DNA from: Reclinomonas americana ATCC 50394 | Taxonomy: Eukaryota | Length of the DNA stretch: 64,000 bases | Assembly: GCA_048213135.1 (NCBI GenBank) | Contig: PS015054.1 | Coordinates: 195,812 to 259,811 of the forward strand | Reading direction: 5' to 3' | Shown here: piece after piece, positions 10,730 to 22,757 of the stretch | How positions within the stretch are numbered: position 1 is the first letter of the stretch | Layout of the letters: each line of letters starts with the position of its first letter | Notes under the pieces: model-generated | Database searches by the model: none | The model's input: only the letters and a program-made list of their open reading frames with translations | What the model was told of the DNA's origin: nothing | Position numbers and translations under genes: made by a program

Positions 10730-13424
10730 CTACTCATCATCCTCATTATCAGCTGCCCCATGCGCAGCCTTCGCCGTCGCCGCCAGCACCTGCTTCAGCG
10801 TCGCCTCAGCAGTCGGCATGGAGTCCAACAGCGCGTGACTGTTTTGTGTGTCGAAGAACTGCGATAGACATCCCAGTAAGCCCACCGCATTCATCGATCT
10901 ATCTCACCGCCCCATGGCCACCAACTCACCATGTTCGGAATGCGATCGCCAAAGTACACCTTGGTGTTGTTGGCCTGCACAAGCATGCCAAGCTCAGCAT
11001 CAAAGTCTCGCTCGTGCCCCACACAAACACTACACAACACGCACCACCGCTCGGATCATTTCCAGCGTGAGGAACTCCTTTGTGAGTTGCAAGCTGTGAA
11101 GAGCTGTGAGGAAATTGAGCAATAAGAGTCCATCACATCGTATCACTCTCACCGATTGGCTTCGGCCTCCTTCATCGCCGTGTCTGCACCGCGACGCCAA
11201 TGTCAGCAACCACACATGTATCAACAAAAATGCCACGACGCAACAGTGCCGCGCATCCGCGCGATGCTTCTCCTTGGCCAGCTGGATGGCATCCTCAATC
11301 TCTGCAATCTTGCGTCGCGCCTCCTTTTCGGCAATCTCCATCTCCATGTTGATGCGTGACACCTGCGCCGGGAACAGTCAGCGACGGCAGTCCACTTCCC
11401 CCGCTGTCAGTCGAAATACCTCAGCAATCTTCTCTGCGCCGATGCGAGCCTTTTGCCGCTCCGTCTCCGCCTCACGCTCCACCACCTGTGCGTGCATCGT
11501 CAACAACACAAAGAATCCACATTCAACACGTCGATATGCGCAACCTTTTGCCGTTCGACGGCAATCAGCAGCTGCGATTTCTGGTTCTCCATGTCCTCGT
11601 ACTGCATGTCAACAAGTCAGCACACTGACACGACAACGCGAGGGCGCACACAAACAACTCACGCTCTTCGCGATGCTCGGACTCAATCGCGGCTTGGTGA
11701 TGCGAACCGACCTGCAAGAACCACAACGTGAGATGTAAAGTGCAACACAGAGGATGGCACTAGTTTGTCACTTCGCACACTGTGTGTACGACAGAGGGTG
11801 AGTGCGTTGCACATATGCTTCCACACACAACACAGGAACAAACGCACAGACTGTGCAAGCGAAACGCGCAGGTGAGTGACCATCACGCTGATACAAAAGA
11901 GCACCGCATGCACGCACTTTCAATGCCAGTGTCGTACTTGTCACAGTTGGATTGCAAGGCCTACGAACATCTCATATTGTCAGCAGCAGCGCCACTGCCA
12001 CGGCGGACAATCGCTCTGAACTTACACACCTGCAACTGTATGGAATATGTCAGCAATCACTGCATGCAAGAACAACACTCACTGGGCACGCAACGAGCAG
12101 ATCGTCGAGAGTGCCGAATTTCTGCAGACAGTTTTCGATGAGCACGAGCGGGAGTCGCGCATCAAAGACAGCAGATGAACGCAACGGTAATGTACACTTC
12201 TGTGAGGGTGGACTGCGAGCAGAACCTGCATTGCTTGCGCGGTAAGCATGCAGTGAGGCCATGGAAGACGAGACAGACAACACAACTGATTCATCTCGTG
12301 GTGAACTGTTTGCGAAAGTCACGTACGGTCAGTCTGCACGAAAGACGATGTGACACGAACACAAAGAAGCTGCACACAAGGAGTCAGTACAGGCGTGACA
12401 CAGACTCAGCAACAACAGTTGCTCACCGAAACTGCGATCGAATATCAGCGGCTTGTCGTAGTCGGGGCTGCGCAGCGACAGACGGAAGTGAGCAAAGCAG
12501 ACGGGGCGCAGTTCGTCGTCGCTTCACGCACGTGTACTCCTGCAATCATGGTTGTGAGCTACAACATGGATAACAGAGGACGCGTACTTGCAGAGACACA
12601 GACCTTCACAGTGGCAAGCACGTGTGACTTGCGCAGTCGACTGCCCACAGAGAGAGGCGAGGTAAGCATGCAGCGAGACAACTGGCGAAGGATGAAGCAC
12701 GGAACTTGACAACCTCGATCTTGGCGAACTCAACCTGCAAGCCACAGATGAGAAGCAGGAATGGCAGGCCGACGCAACACCAAGCACTTTGTTACCATGA
12801 CGCCACCACTGGTGCCGCACGGCACATTGGTCTGCCCACAGCAATCAGTAATCAACTCACAACAGCACTCGGAACAAGATAACGCACCACCGAGTCGGTC
12901 TGTTCCACGCACACGCACGCAGTGAGCAACGCAGCACATCACAACGAGAAGAGAACCCACGTGCCACACGCACCTGCGTAGTTGTCTGCACAAACTGCAC
13001 GCTGTCGAGCACCGGAACCTTCCAGTGGAAACCAGGTTCTGTGATGTAGTTCTGCAGCGCTCCACCACTGACGTGCGAAAGCAGTCAGTGCGCTGCGTGC
13101 ACCACGCGTGTCGCGGCAAACCACCACACACCGATAGTACACTCCCACATGCCTGTCGATGCGGAGAGAGCGATGCAATCAAACGAAATTGAGCGCACAC
13201 ACAGTGAGAGAGAGAGAGAGATGAACGGAAGCACAAACCCCTCAGGCACAGTCTGCAGCGATACAGTGAGACTCACGACGCAATGCGAGTGCCATGCAGA
13301 CGCGCAACGCAACATGCAGTCCTGTTTGCGACAAGACGAGAACAAGAATGACCAGCGTGACCATGACGCCTGTGCGGAAGGCGCCACCACTGCCAGCCGC
13401 CGGTGCACCAGGACCCTGACGCAT
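10730..13424 (-). CDS. ERLIN: Erlin (SPFH/band-7 ER lipid-raft protein), highly fragmented by introns
   Basis: GLH|TVPEG|HVGVYYR|GGALQ…GFHWKVP…Q|TDSV|TNVPCGTSGGVM, SVRITKP, EKEARRKIAEIEDAIQLAKEK and ANNTKVYFGDRIPNM match erlin-1/2 signatures. Confidence 0.92.
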
Positions 13425-13674
13425 TGTCTCTGCTCAAAACAACACACAAACAATCGAAAGCGATGGACTAATGAACAACGAAAACACGTGTTGACTGAAA
13501 TCCACGTGGCGTGTTTTCTCGAGTCGCCTTCTGCGTTTCATTCATCGCCGTATCGCAACAGCAGCAGCAGGCAGAGGTGGCGGAGGCACAGTCGCCAAAA
13601 CAAGACCGTCAGTCTTCGTCCATCGCGCAGCGACCAGCGCAGGCCTCTCGGATCGACAGATATCGACAGAAGGA

Positions 13675-14719
13675 TCATCGTCGTCGCTTCTTGCTGTTCT
13701 CCTTCTTTGCCGTCGTCTTCTTCTTCTCCTTCTCCGCCGCCTTCTTGTTCTTCTTCTTCTTCTTGTTGCTGTTGCTGTCGTTGTTGTTGTTGCTGCTCTC
13801 ATCGTCATCGGCAAGGTGCGCCTCATGCCAGCAATTTCCGACACCGACTGTGGCACGACAGAAGCGGTTGCACTTGTGCGGCTCCTGCGCGCACAGCTCC
13901 GCGCAACAGTGCGGTTGATCGTAGCACTGCAAGCGCAATGAGCATGACAGCAGCACTTACAGAGATGATGAACACAACGCAACTGCTTCCAGACACAAAT
14001 GCGCCTCCTTGACAGCCCCGCACAGGCGACTCGTCAGCGCCACCCACATGTCGCACTGTGCGGGAGCGAGGATGCCATCGTCGTCCAGCGGAGAAGGCGA
14101 AGGCGGAGGAGGAGCACGCTTCTTCTTTGTCTTTTTCTCCTTCTTCAACTCGGACTCCATCAACTTGCGCTCCGCGTGCATCCGATCGCTCCACTGCACC
14201 GAGCGCTTGAACGTCGACGTCGTGGACGACGACGCGACGCCGGACGGAAGCGGCGGCTCGACACTCCACGGGTCCTGTGGTGTGACATGATGAGTCGGAT
14301 ATCGCGAGCATGCATGTTGTGACACACACACGCACCATGAAGCAGTCCAGTGGGCGCCCATTCGCCGCACAGTAGTGTGCGCATTGACGGAAGCGGTGAG
14401 GTGCAGCACCGCACCAGTCGATGCACGCCAAAGGACTGGCAGTGCACTGTGCGAAAAAACAAAAAGAGAAATCAATTACTTTCACGCACACACGCACGTG
14501 CGCCACTGTACGCACTCGTGTCATGAACGCGCCCTCGTCCAGTGGAGGCCGGAACTTGGCTGCTGCTTGCTGCTGCTGCTGTTGTTCCTCACTTGCAGAA
14601 GAGTCGTCTTCCTCGACGAAAACGATTGCTGGCCGCTGGTGCATTGCATGTGCCACGCAGCAGAGGCACACAACCACCAAGAAGAGCACCAAGAGAAGCA
14701 GCTGGCGTGGAAGCCGCAT
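13675..14719 (-). CDS. Secreted cysteine-rich hypothetical protein with two 6-Cys modules and Lys-rich segments
   Basis: Signal peptide MRLPRQLLLLVLFLVVVCLCCVAHA; exons CTASPLACIDWC…DCF and CYDQPHCCAELC…NCW; KKKKKNKK tail. The donor of the last intron is uncertain. Confidence 0.6.
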
Positions 14720-14800
14720 TAATGAGAAAAGCAGAGATCGCCAGTCGAGTGAATGGACCGCGGATTATCAAATCATCTTTCCTTATCATCATCTGTCAGC
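14720..14800. promoter_or_regulatory. Putative bidirectional promoter (81 bp)
   Basis: Cys-rich protein ATG at 14719 (-) and G-alpha ATG at 14801 (+). Confidence 0.55.
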
Positions 14801-16609
14801 ATGGGCTTGTGCGCATCGGCACCGGTGGATCCGGAGGGAGCGCGGCGGGATACGGAGATCTCGCGCAACCTGAAGAAGGTTTGTGTCTGTGTGTTTGTGT
14901 GTGTTTGTGTGTGATTAGTACGCATGCAATGTGTGAGTGAGTGTGTGTGCGTTGCTGTGTCTCTGCTGGCGGTCATGTATGTGTGTGTGCGTGCGTGACG
15001 TGGAGTGCGTGAGGGGCAGTGTGTGTGTGCGCCATGGAGCCGAGTAATGTCGCGCGTGTGTGTTCTCTTTTTTCTCTCTCCTCTTGCGCGCTCTCCCTTT
15101 CCACCCTCTGTCATATCGTTGCCTGTGTCTTCCGCCTCTCTTTCTTTGTGTGTGAGTGATTGCGTGTGTGTGTGTCCCTGTCTGCCAGTGCGAAAATAAC
15201 ACCACTTCTCACTCCGCTTGTACACGCACACACACACACAGGATCGCAAGGAGATGGAGAGCGAGATCAAGCTGCTGCTGCTCGGCGCTGGTGAATCCGG
15301 CAAGTCGACCATTTTCAAGCAGATGAAGATTATCCACCACAATGGGTGCGAAAACTCACCTCTCCGCGGCTCACACACTCACTCATACATACACTAACCT
15401 TTTGCCTGTGTGTTGCGTACGTGCACAGATTCCAGCCGCGTGATTGCCTGCAGTTCAAGCAGATCATTTACGCCAACATTCTGCAAGTTCAGTTCACAAT
15501 CATCACTCTTCCCGTCCTCCACTCGTGTCTCACCTCTTTCTTCTATGCAGTCCATGCGCGTGCTCATCTCGGCCGCGCAAAAGCTCGGCATCCCGGTGGA
15601 GCCGCAGAACCGCGACCGCGCGCAGCGCATCATGTCGTTCTCGGACGCGCAGATCATCCAGAACATCATGACCATCATGACGCCAGAGATGGGTCGTGAC
15701 ATTGCGCTGCTGGTTCGTGCATGTTTGCGCCGTGTGCTGAGCCTTTTCTATACTCGGTCGCTCATCTTGGGGTCTGTGTAGTGGCGCGATTCGGGCATTC
15801 TGGAGACGTTTAAGCGACGCGCCGAGTTCCAGCTGAACGATTCCGCCGAGTACTACTTCAACGAGATTGAGCGCATCTGCGTGGCGTCGTACATCCCCAC
15901 CCGCCAGGATGTGCTGCGCTCGCGTGTCAAGACCGTGGGTATCACGGAGGAAGAGTTCGAGATCGAGGGCCACAAGTTCCGCATGTTTGACGTCGGTGGT
16001 CAGCGCACGGAGCGCCGCAAGTGGATTCACGTGTTCGACGATGTCACCGCCATCATCTTCGTCACTGCCTTGTCAGAATTCGACCAGAAGCTGATTGAGG
16101 ACGGCACCACCAACCGTATGGAGGAGTCGCTGACACTGTTTGACGAGATCTGCAATCACCGTCTCTTCCAGTCAACACCCATCATCATCTTCTTCAACAA
16201 GACCGACTTGTTCGAGCGCAAGATGCACGAGGTCTGTAGAGGCAGATGTGCATCTAGTTTCACTCGCCCCACCGCTCACACTTGTCTTCTGTTCGCAGGG
16301 CGCCGAGCTGGCCAGGTACTTCCCCGACTACTCGGGCGGCCAGGACATTCCCAAGGCCAAGATGTTCATCGAGGGCCTCTTCCTCGCACGCAACCGCCAG
16401 CCACACCGCACCATCTACTCCAACTTCACGTGCGCCACGGACACGCAGAACATCACCACCGTGTTCAACGCCACGAAGGACATTATTCTGCGAAAAGGTC
16501 TGTTTTGTTTGCTTCTTTGTGAATGTGTCTGCAGGAGAAGAGGATGCTCATGTGTGTGTGTGTGTGTGTGTGCGACAATGCAGCTCTCGAGGATGCCAAC
16601 CTCACGTAA
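14801..16609 (+). CDS. Heterotrimeric G-protein alpha subunit, 7 exons
   Basis: MGLCAS (myristoyl/palmitoyl-type N-terminus), [28 protein letters not shown] and TCATDT: all G boxes intact; ends ALEDANLT*. Confidence 0.97.
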
Positions 16610-16954
16610 GCCGAGGTGCAACTTTCGCTTTTGATACTCGTCTATTCTGTATTTTTCCACCCTTTTTTCCATCCTCCACCGTCTTTGCCATCACCACCAT
16701 CACCGCCACCGCCCGCCTGCCACACAATTGACGTCCTCCGCTGGAGAAACAGAGCATTTGTTTTCTCCTCTGGCAAGGCTGTTGCTATCTGTGTGTGTGC
16801 GCGTGCGCGTGCGTGTGCATGCGTGTGTGTGTGTGTAGAGGCGTGTGTGAACCCACTTTCCCGTCTGTCGAAAACTCCCCTCTGAAATGCAAGGAAAGAG
16901 AGACTGCTGTTACATTCTCGGGGGCTGCGCTGTTATTTTCTCTCCAACCCCCAG

Positions 16955-18096
16955 CTACTTGGATCCACCACCTGCCGCAACCTCGGCCGCCGAATCGTCG
17001 TGTGCTGGTGGTGCTGACACGGACAACTTGACAGCGGAGGCCGGCAGATCGTCGTGTATGCCCTGTGCAGTGAGTTGTATTAGCGAGTGCGCAGAGAGTA
17101 CGCGCAAATAGGGGTGCAAGTGCGCAACAGAGGGGCCGCCACCACCGCCACCACCCGTCATCGCTCGGGTCTTTTTCAGGAATGAGCTCACATCGTCCAA
17201 GTTGGCGAAATCGTCGCCCTCCTCCAACACAATGTGTTGCTCCAGTTGACGCAGCGTGTTCTGCAGCAGTCGCCGCGTGTGAGCGAGACAGTGTGCAGCA
17301 GAGCGCACACGAGCACGAAGATGCACACCTTGAGCATCTTGTCAAACTCCTCGCGAATGACCTCCATTTTCTCCTGGTGCTGCTTGAGAATGCGATCCTG
17401 CCGTGCAATCTCCTCATCCAGCTCCTTCTTGTACTGCTCCGTCTCAATGTGCCGCAAGTCCAATCGATCTGCACTCACCGAGTCAGCAAGGGAGAGAGAG
17501 AGAGAAGGAAGAGAGGGAAGAAGGGAGCGGACCGATAAGTTCGATTCTTTCGTTTTCCAGCTGGTTGATGCGGTCGCACAGCTCATCCTGCCTCTGCTTG
17601 TATTGTCTGCACCGCATGTAAGAGTGAGCGATCGTGAGAGCAAACGAGCGAGCACACAGTCGTGGCTGCGTACCTTGTGAGATCTTGAAACACGTCCTTG
17701 GCATCGCTCTTGGTCTGCACAAACGTGCCCTTCAGCATTGCCAACTGGCTCTGCAACTCAGACCTGCCCGCTCGCTGCTCGTTACGATGTTGCTCAGCCA
17801 GCACTGAGCGTTGCGCGCGTGAGACTCGGGAAGCAAGCAAGAAGCAGCAGAAGTAATTCGCAACTGACAGCTCTCTGCAACGCCTCAATCTCCGCACACC
17901 GCCGTGTGTACAACTCCTCCGGTGTCGGCCCATTGGCGCCCTCATCGTCTCCTCCCTTCTTCTTCTGCGCACGTGTGTGACCATCAGTCACATGATGTGG
18001 TGACGCGTCGTGACACACACACACACTGACACAATAACGCACCCCCTTCTTGCCCTTGCCGCCCTTGCCTCCCTTCTTTCCCTTTTTCGGTGGCAT
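16955..18096 (-). CDS. CCDC153/DRC12-like axonemal coiled-coil protein
   Basis: MPPKKGKKGGKGGKGKK N-terminus typical of axonemal proteins; coiled coil with 'DVFQDLTR|QYKQRQDEL…' and 'KMEVIREEFDKMLK|NTL', resembling the CCDC153 pattern. Confidence 0.65.
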
Positions 18097-18195
18097 GTGT
18101 GCGCCGCTCTCTGTCTCCCTCTTCCCCTCTTTGTTGTTGTTGCTGCGTGCGTGTGCGCCAACGGCTACGTCCACGTGATGGCCCGAGTGTCACAT

Positions 18196-19117
18196 TCACT
18201 CATCACCAATCGCCGCCGTCATTGGCGGACTTTGCAGCGCGTCTGTGTGGAAGTTGTACGGCCTTGCGGGTGGAGCCATGTGCAACCGGCGCTCCCATCG
18301 CATCTACACGCGGCAACCAACGTAAGAAATCGCGTCATGCAGAATGCAGAGAATACGGAACGCACCCGATCTTCCGGTGTCGGTGCCCGCTGTGTGATCT
18401 CCAAGTTGGAATTGGCCGACGACGAAGCCGCCTCGTAGACTGTGCGGAAGCGGTCCTCCAGTCGTTGCAGTGGCACAGACAACTTGGCGCCCGGACGCAG
18501 TCGCTCACGTCGCAGCGGGTCGGCCGATGGAACATACACCTCGCGAATGCGCTTGGGCGCGCGCTGAAAGAGCCTGCACGATGGGTGAGTGGGAATATGT
18601 GGCGAGGTGAGAAGGGGAGGGAGGAATACGCAACTCGCGCGCCTTGATGCTCGGGAAGGTGTGTGGCGGGTCATTGGGGTACGGAATTACATGGTGTGGA
18701 ATGTTGGAGCGCGAAGTAAGACGGTACTGTTCCATGTCACTGTAGCGTGCATCTTAGTGAGCATGCTGCTTCGCAGACACTCACTCGCGAGCGCGCACAC
18801 ACACCTCGGAGGCGTGAAATAGTGTGGTCGCTCGCCAAAGAATGGGCTCACGGGCGCCGCACGCATCACTCGCTGCTTTGCCGCCTGCTCTCTCCACACA
18901 CACACACGTACCCACTGAAGCATGAGTGCATTGTGCACAGCTCTCCTCACAATGCACGCACACACACAACTCTTTCGACCACACTCCACAGCAGACTTTG
19001 CAGTGGCAGCCGCCCTCGTCGTCGCTGCTGGTTGACTTGCCGTGTGTGTGCTGTCACGCTGGTGAAGAGGCCCAGTGAGACCGCCATTACGCACAGCAGG
19101 GTCGCCGCCGAGAGCAT
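18196..19117 (-). CDS. Hypothetical basic, Pro/Arg-rich protein (5 exons; start uncertain)
   Basis: Frame-consistent chain …AAKQRVMRAAPVSPFFGERPHYFTPPS|DMEQYRL…KARE|LFQRAPKR…PEDR|MRWERRL…GDE* joined by GT-AG introns. Confidence 0.55.
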
Positions 19118-19387
19118 GCTTGTTGATTGTGTTTTGCAGTGTGAATTGGCGGTTTTTTGGACCGTTCAATGCGTCTGTTTTTTCTCCGAGGCGAGAGAAA
19201 GAGACAAGAAATGCCCTCGTGTGTGCGTGCACGATCGCCCACTGAGAGACGGCACGCAAACTGTGATTCACTGCATGTGCGCCTGGCGAGTTGAATCGCC
19301 ACCGAAGCGGTTTCTCTTTTGCTGGTGGTGGTGATTCGGAGCTCTCATTCACAATTTGTTTTGCATCGACGTTGGTGTGAGGTGGCA

Positions 19388-21095
19388 ATGAGGCGATCTG
19401 TGTTTACATTGGTTGGCGTCGCGCTGTTGTTGGTGGTGGCGGTGGTGGTGGTGGTGTCGGCGGAGGAGCTGCATCATCCGGAGGATCCGCTGGTGGCGAC
19501 GGCGTGCGAGGGGCGCACGGCCGCACTGCAGTGCCCTCTCGGTCAGCATGTGAGTGTGCGACATGCTTCATACCGACCGGCAGTTGGCGCCGAGTGCCCA
19601 GTTGGTGGCGACGGTCTCGCGCCGGGCGTCGGCATGACCAGCAAGATGGTCTCGCGCGGACGCGATCCGATTGCCTGCCGCAGGTGTGTGTATGTTCCTG
19701 TCCCTCTTTGCCTCGATCGTCTTCATAGTTCTTCCGTCCTCATCACCTCTCTCTCTCTCTCTCTCTCCACGCAGTCCGTTTGTGGTGACGGACCGCTTGA
19801 CGGCGCTGTGCTCCGATATTGAGCGCAGCTTCTGCTCTGATTTGGTTCGCGACAAGAACTTTGGCGTGCTGTGTCCGCACACGCCCCAGTTGCTGGAGGT
19901 TCTCTACGACTGCGTCGACAACTCGCCGACAGTGGCCATCGCCACTGTCAAGGCTTGCGAAGGAGCCGGCGTCGTCCTCGAATGCTCCGAAGGCGAATCG
20001 ATCACCATTCACTCGGCGTTCCTGTCGGCGGCCGGCCCCACCGACTGCCCGAACCCACTCACGATGCCGACTGCGTCGGGGGCCGCCAGTGCCACCGCCG
20101 CCGGCCAGGAGGAGGAGGAGGATGCCAGCGACAGCTTTGATGGCGACGAGGAGGACTCGTTTGCGGAGCACTGCTCGTGCACCAATGTCGACGCCACCGA
20201 GTTGCTGCAGGAGAAGTGCGACGGAAGCGGCGTTTGCGTGGAGACGCCGAGCTCGCGTCACTTTAACGACTTGTGGGGCTGCTGCAACCACAAGACCGAA
20301 CTGAAGCGCGTGCTGAGTCTGGAGTATTCGTGTGTGCCGCGGGCTCCTCTGCACGTGCGCACCGCCTGTACCGACGACCTGGTGCTGCTGGAGTGCCCGG
20401 CCGGCGAGCATGTGGTGGTCGACAGCGCCGAGATGCGCAAGGCCTCCGAGTCCGACCAGTGCCCAGCGGCCACCCCGGAGCAGCTGCGTCTGCAGGAGGA
20501 GGCCGCCGGCGGTTGGTTCTCGTCATGCGAGGAGAGCATTGACGTGACGTCGGCCATGCAGCAGACGTGCTCCGGCATGGGCCACCGCAGGATTTGCACC
20601 GAGCTCGCTTCGCCTCTGCGCTTCGGCGAGGCCTGCCCGAACACCGAGGTCCTGAGCGTGGTCTTCCACTGCGAGGTCAACTTTGACGGGTACGGCCAGC
20701 TGACCACGGCGGCCGCGGGCAAGAAGAAGAAGAAGGCGACGTCGCCGGACGTGCACGAGCTGATGAACGACGCCATGCGCGTGACGGTGCCGCTGAATGA
20801 GTGGAGCACCGTGGACGAGGACGCAACAGAGGCCGAGGGAGACTCCTCCGCCTCGTCGCTGCTGCGCACGTGGCAGAGCGCCGTCGGATCGGACTCGTGG
20901 TTCACGCTCGACAACTGGTTCCTCGGCTCCGAGGCCGACAGCGAGACGGTGAACGAGGTCGAGCCGCTTATCGACGACGATTCAGCATCCTCCCCGCTGG
21001 ACCTTCCCAGTGGCATTATGAACCCATTCGACAGCGCAGAACGCCGCGAGTGGGGAAGTGTCGCGACGGGTGGTGTGGGAAAATCTAAAAAGTAG
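19388..21095 (+). CDS. Secreted protein with three SUEL/rhamnose-galactose-binding lectin-like domains
   Basis: Signal peptide, then three ACEG/ACTD…L.CP.G…I..A…C…C…FG..CP…L.V.Y.C units; one intron near 19684-19773; acidic tail. Confidence 0.8.
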
Positions 21096-21176
21096 TGAAC
21101 GCAACTTCTGCGCCTGTCCTGTGTACAACCCGCGCAGTCAGACGGAGACGAAGGGAGGAAGGGTGAGAGGTACAGG

Positions 21177-22669
21177 ATGGAGACGAGAAGCAGAAACCGC
21201 ACACACGTGGATGGTCGCCCGCTGGCTATTGCGCGGAGGAGAGGAAAGAGGGAGGAGGAGGAGGAGGAGGAGGAAGACGACCGAGTCGAGCATATGGAGA
21301 ATGGTGTGAGGCAAGACCGCGTGCCCGTGGAAGCAGGAGGAGAAGAAGAAGAAGAGAGGAAACAAGTGGAGCGCCCGCTGGCGATTGCACGACGGAGAGT
21401 AAGAGCAGTGGCCATGGTGGAGCAGAAGAAAGAAGAGAAAGAGGAGGACGACGAAGAAAAAGGAGGAGCGGAGGCCATGGAGACCGACAAGCCCGACAAC
21501 CAGGCAGGAGAGGAGGAGAGGAAGCAGGGAGAGGAGAGCGCAGAGAAGGCAGTGGTGGAACCGCCGCCACTGCTTGTGTCGCTGTGGGATGCCCGTGTTG
21601 TGCCTCTTGATCGCGCTCCGAGAAAGGTCGATGGCAGGACCGTCTCTGTGCCGCAGCTGTGGTGCACCGAGAGCCTCTATGCGATCCGCACACTCGGCAC
21701 GTGGATTCAGTTGTTGCGTGCGCTGTGTGCTCATTGCATGTCTGTGTGGTGGGGCGCAACTGACGATTGGGTGGTGCAGGCCGCAGAGAACCATCGCGAC
21801 AGCCATGGTGCTCTTCCATCGCGTCTTCAAGCAGCAGACGCCAGACTTTCTCGCGTTTCCACTGCCAGTTGCGGCGGAGAAAAACATGATATGTTTGTGT
21901 GTTGTTGTTCTGAGTGAATGTGTGCAGTTGGCTGCGTGTGCAACCCTGCTGCTGGCCAGCAAGTGCGAGGAGACGCAGTACAAGCTGCGCATTCGTGACT
22001 ACGTGAACACGCTGTACGCGTTCTGCGAGCCGAAGAATGCGGACAAGCCCATGGAAATTGGTGGACGAGTTGCGTCGCCGCTGCTCTTTCTCTCTCCGTG
22101 TATGTGCATCTCACGCCCGCGTCTGTGCAGCCGTACTGGCGTATCCGTGACGAGCTGGTGGCCTGCGAGCAGCTGGTGTTGCGCATGCTGCGCTTCGACA
22201 CCAGTGTGCAGCATCCGTACAACTACTACGTGACGTACGCCAAGGCGTTGGAGGTGCCACATCGAGTGCTGCAGCGTGGATTCAACTTTCTGAACGACAG
22301 GTTTGCCGCCGACTTGCCACTGTGCATTATTGGCCCCAGGCACTCATTTGTTTTTTTCGTCGACAGCTACTACTTTCCAGCAGTGCTGGAGTGTCCGTCT
22401 CCGCAAGTGCGTGCGTGCGCCGCACTGCATCTTGCCGCGCTCCTCGATCCGTACGACTTCAAACTCAGGCATGACTGGATGACGGTGCTGCAGGTCGATG
22501 TCGCAGAAGTGGAAGGTGAGTGCGTGTGCACACGCTCACTGCTGCGAGTCACATCCTGCCTGTGTGCTCATGAGGGACCTCTTCCGCAGTCGTCGCCTCG
22601 CTAATGGTTGACGGCTACAAGGACCCAGTTCTGCGACCTCATCATATCAGGGCAGAGTTCGGCTTCTAA
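21177..22669 (+). CDS. Transcriptional cyclin (cyclin Q/FAM58- or cyclin L-like)
   Basis: Cyclin box TIATAMVLFHR…ACATLLLASKCEE…IRDYVN; YWRIRDELVACEQLVLRMLRFDTSVQHPYNY; NFLNDSY; acidic N-terminal extension. Confidence 0.88.
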
Positions 22670-22757
22670 TCAGTAATACACACAATAAGAGAGAGACGAC
22701 GTCGTAGAATGCCACGTTTCACAAGCCAAACAACCGGGCACACGCCGTCTTGCTCTC

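Noticed and set aside
20258-21667. Long antisense ORFs (e.g. 469 aa here; also 5075-6154, 32318-33466, 40426-41406)
   Set aside because: These are shadows of GC-rich or low-complexity coding sequence on the opposite strand, with no motifs of their own.
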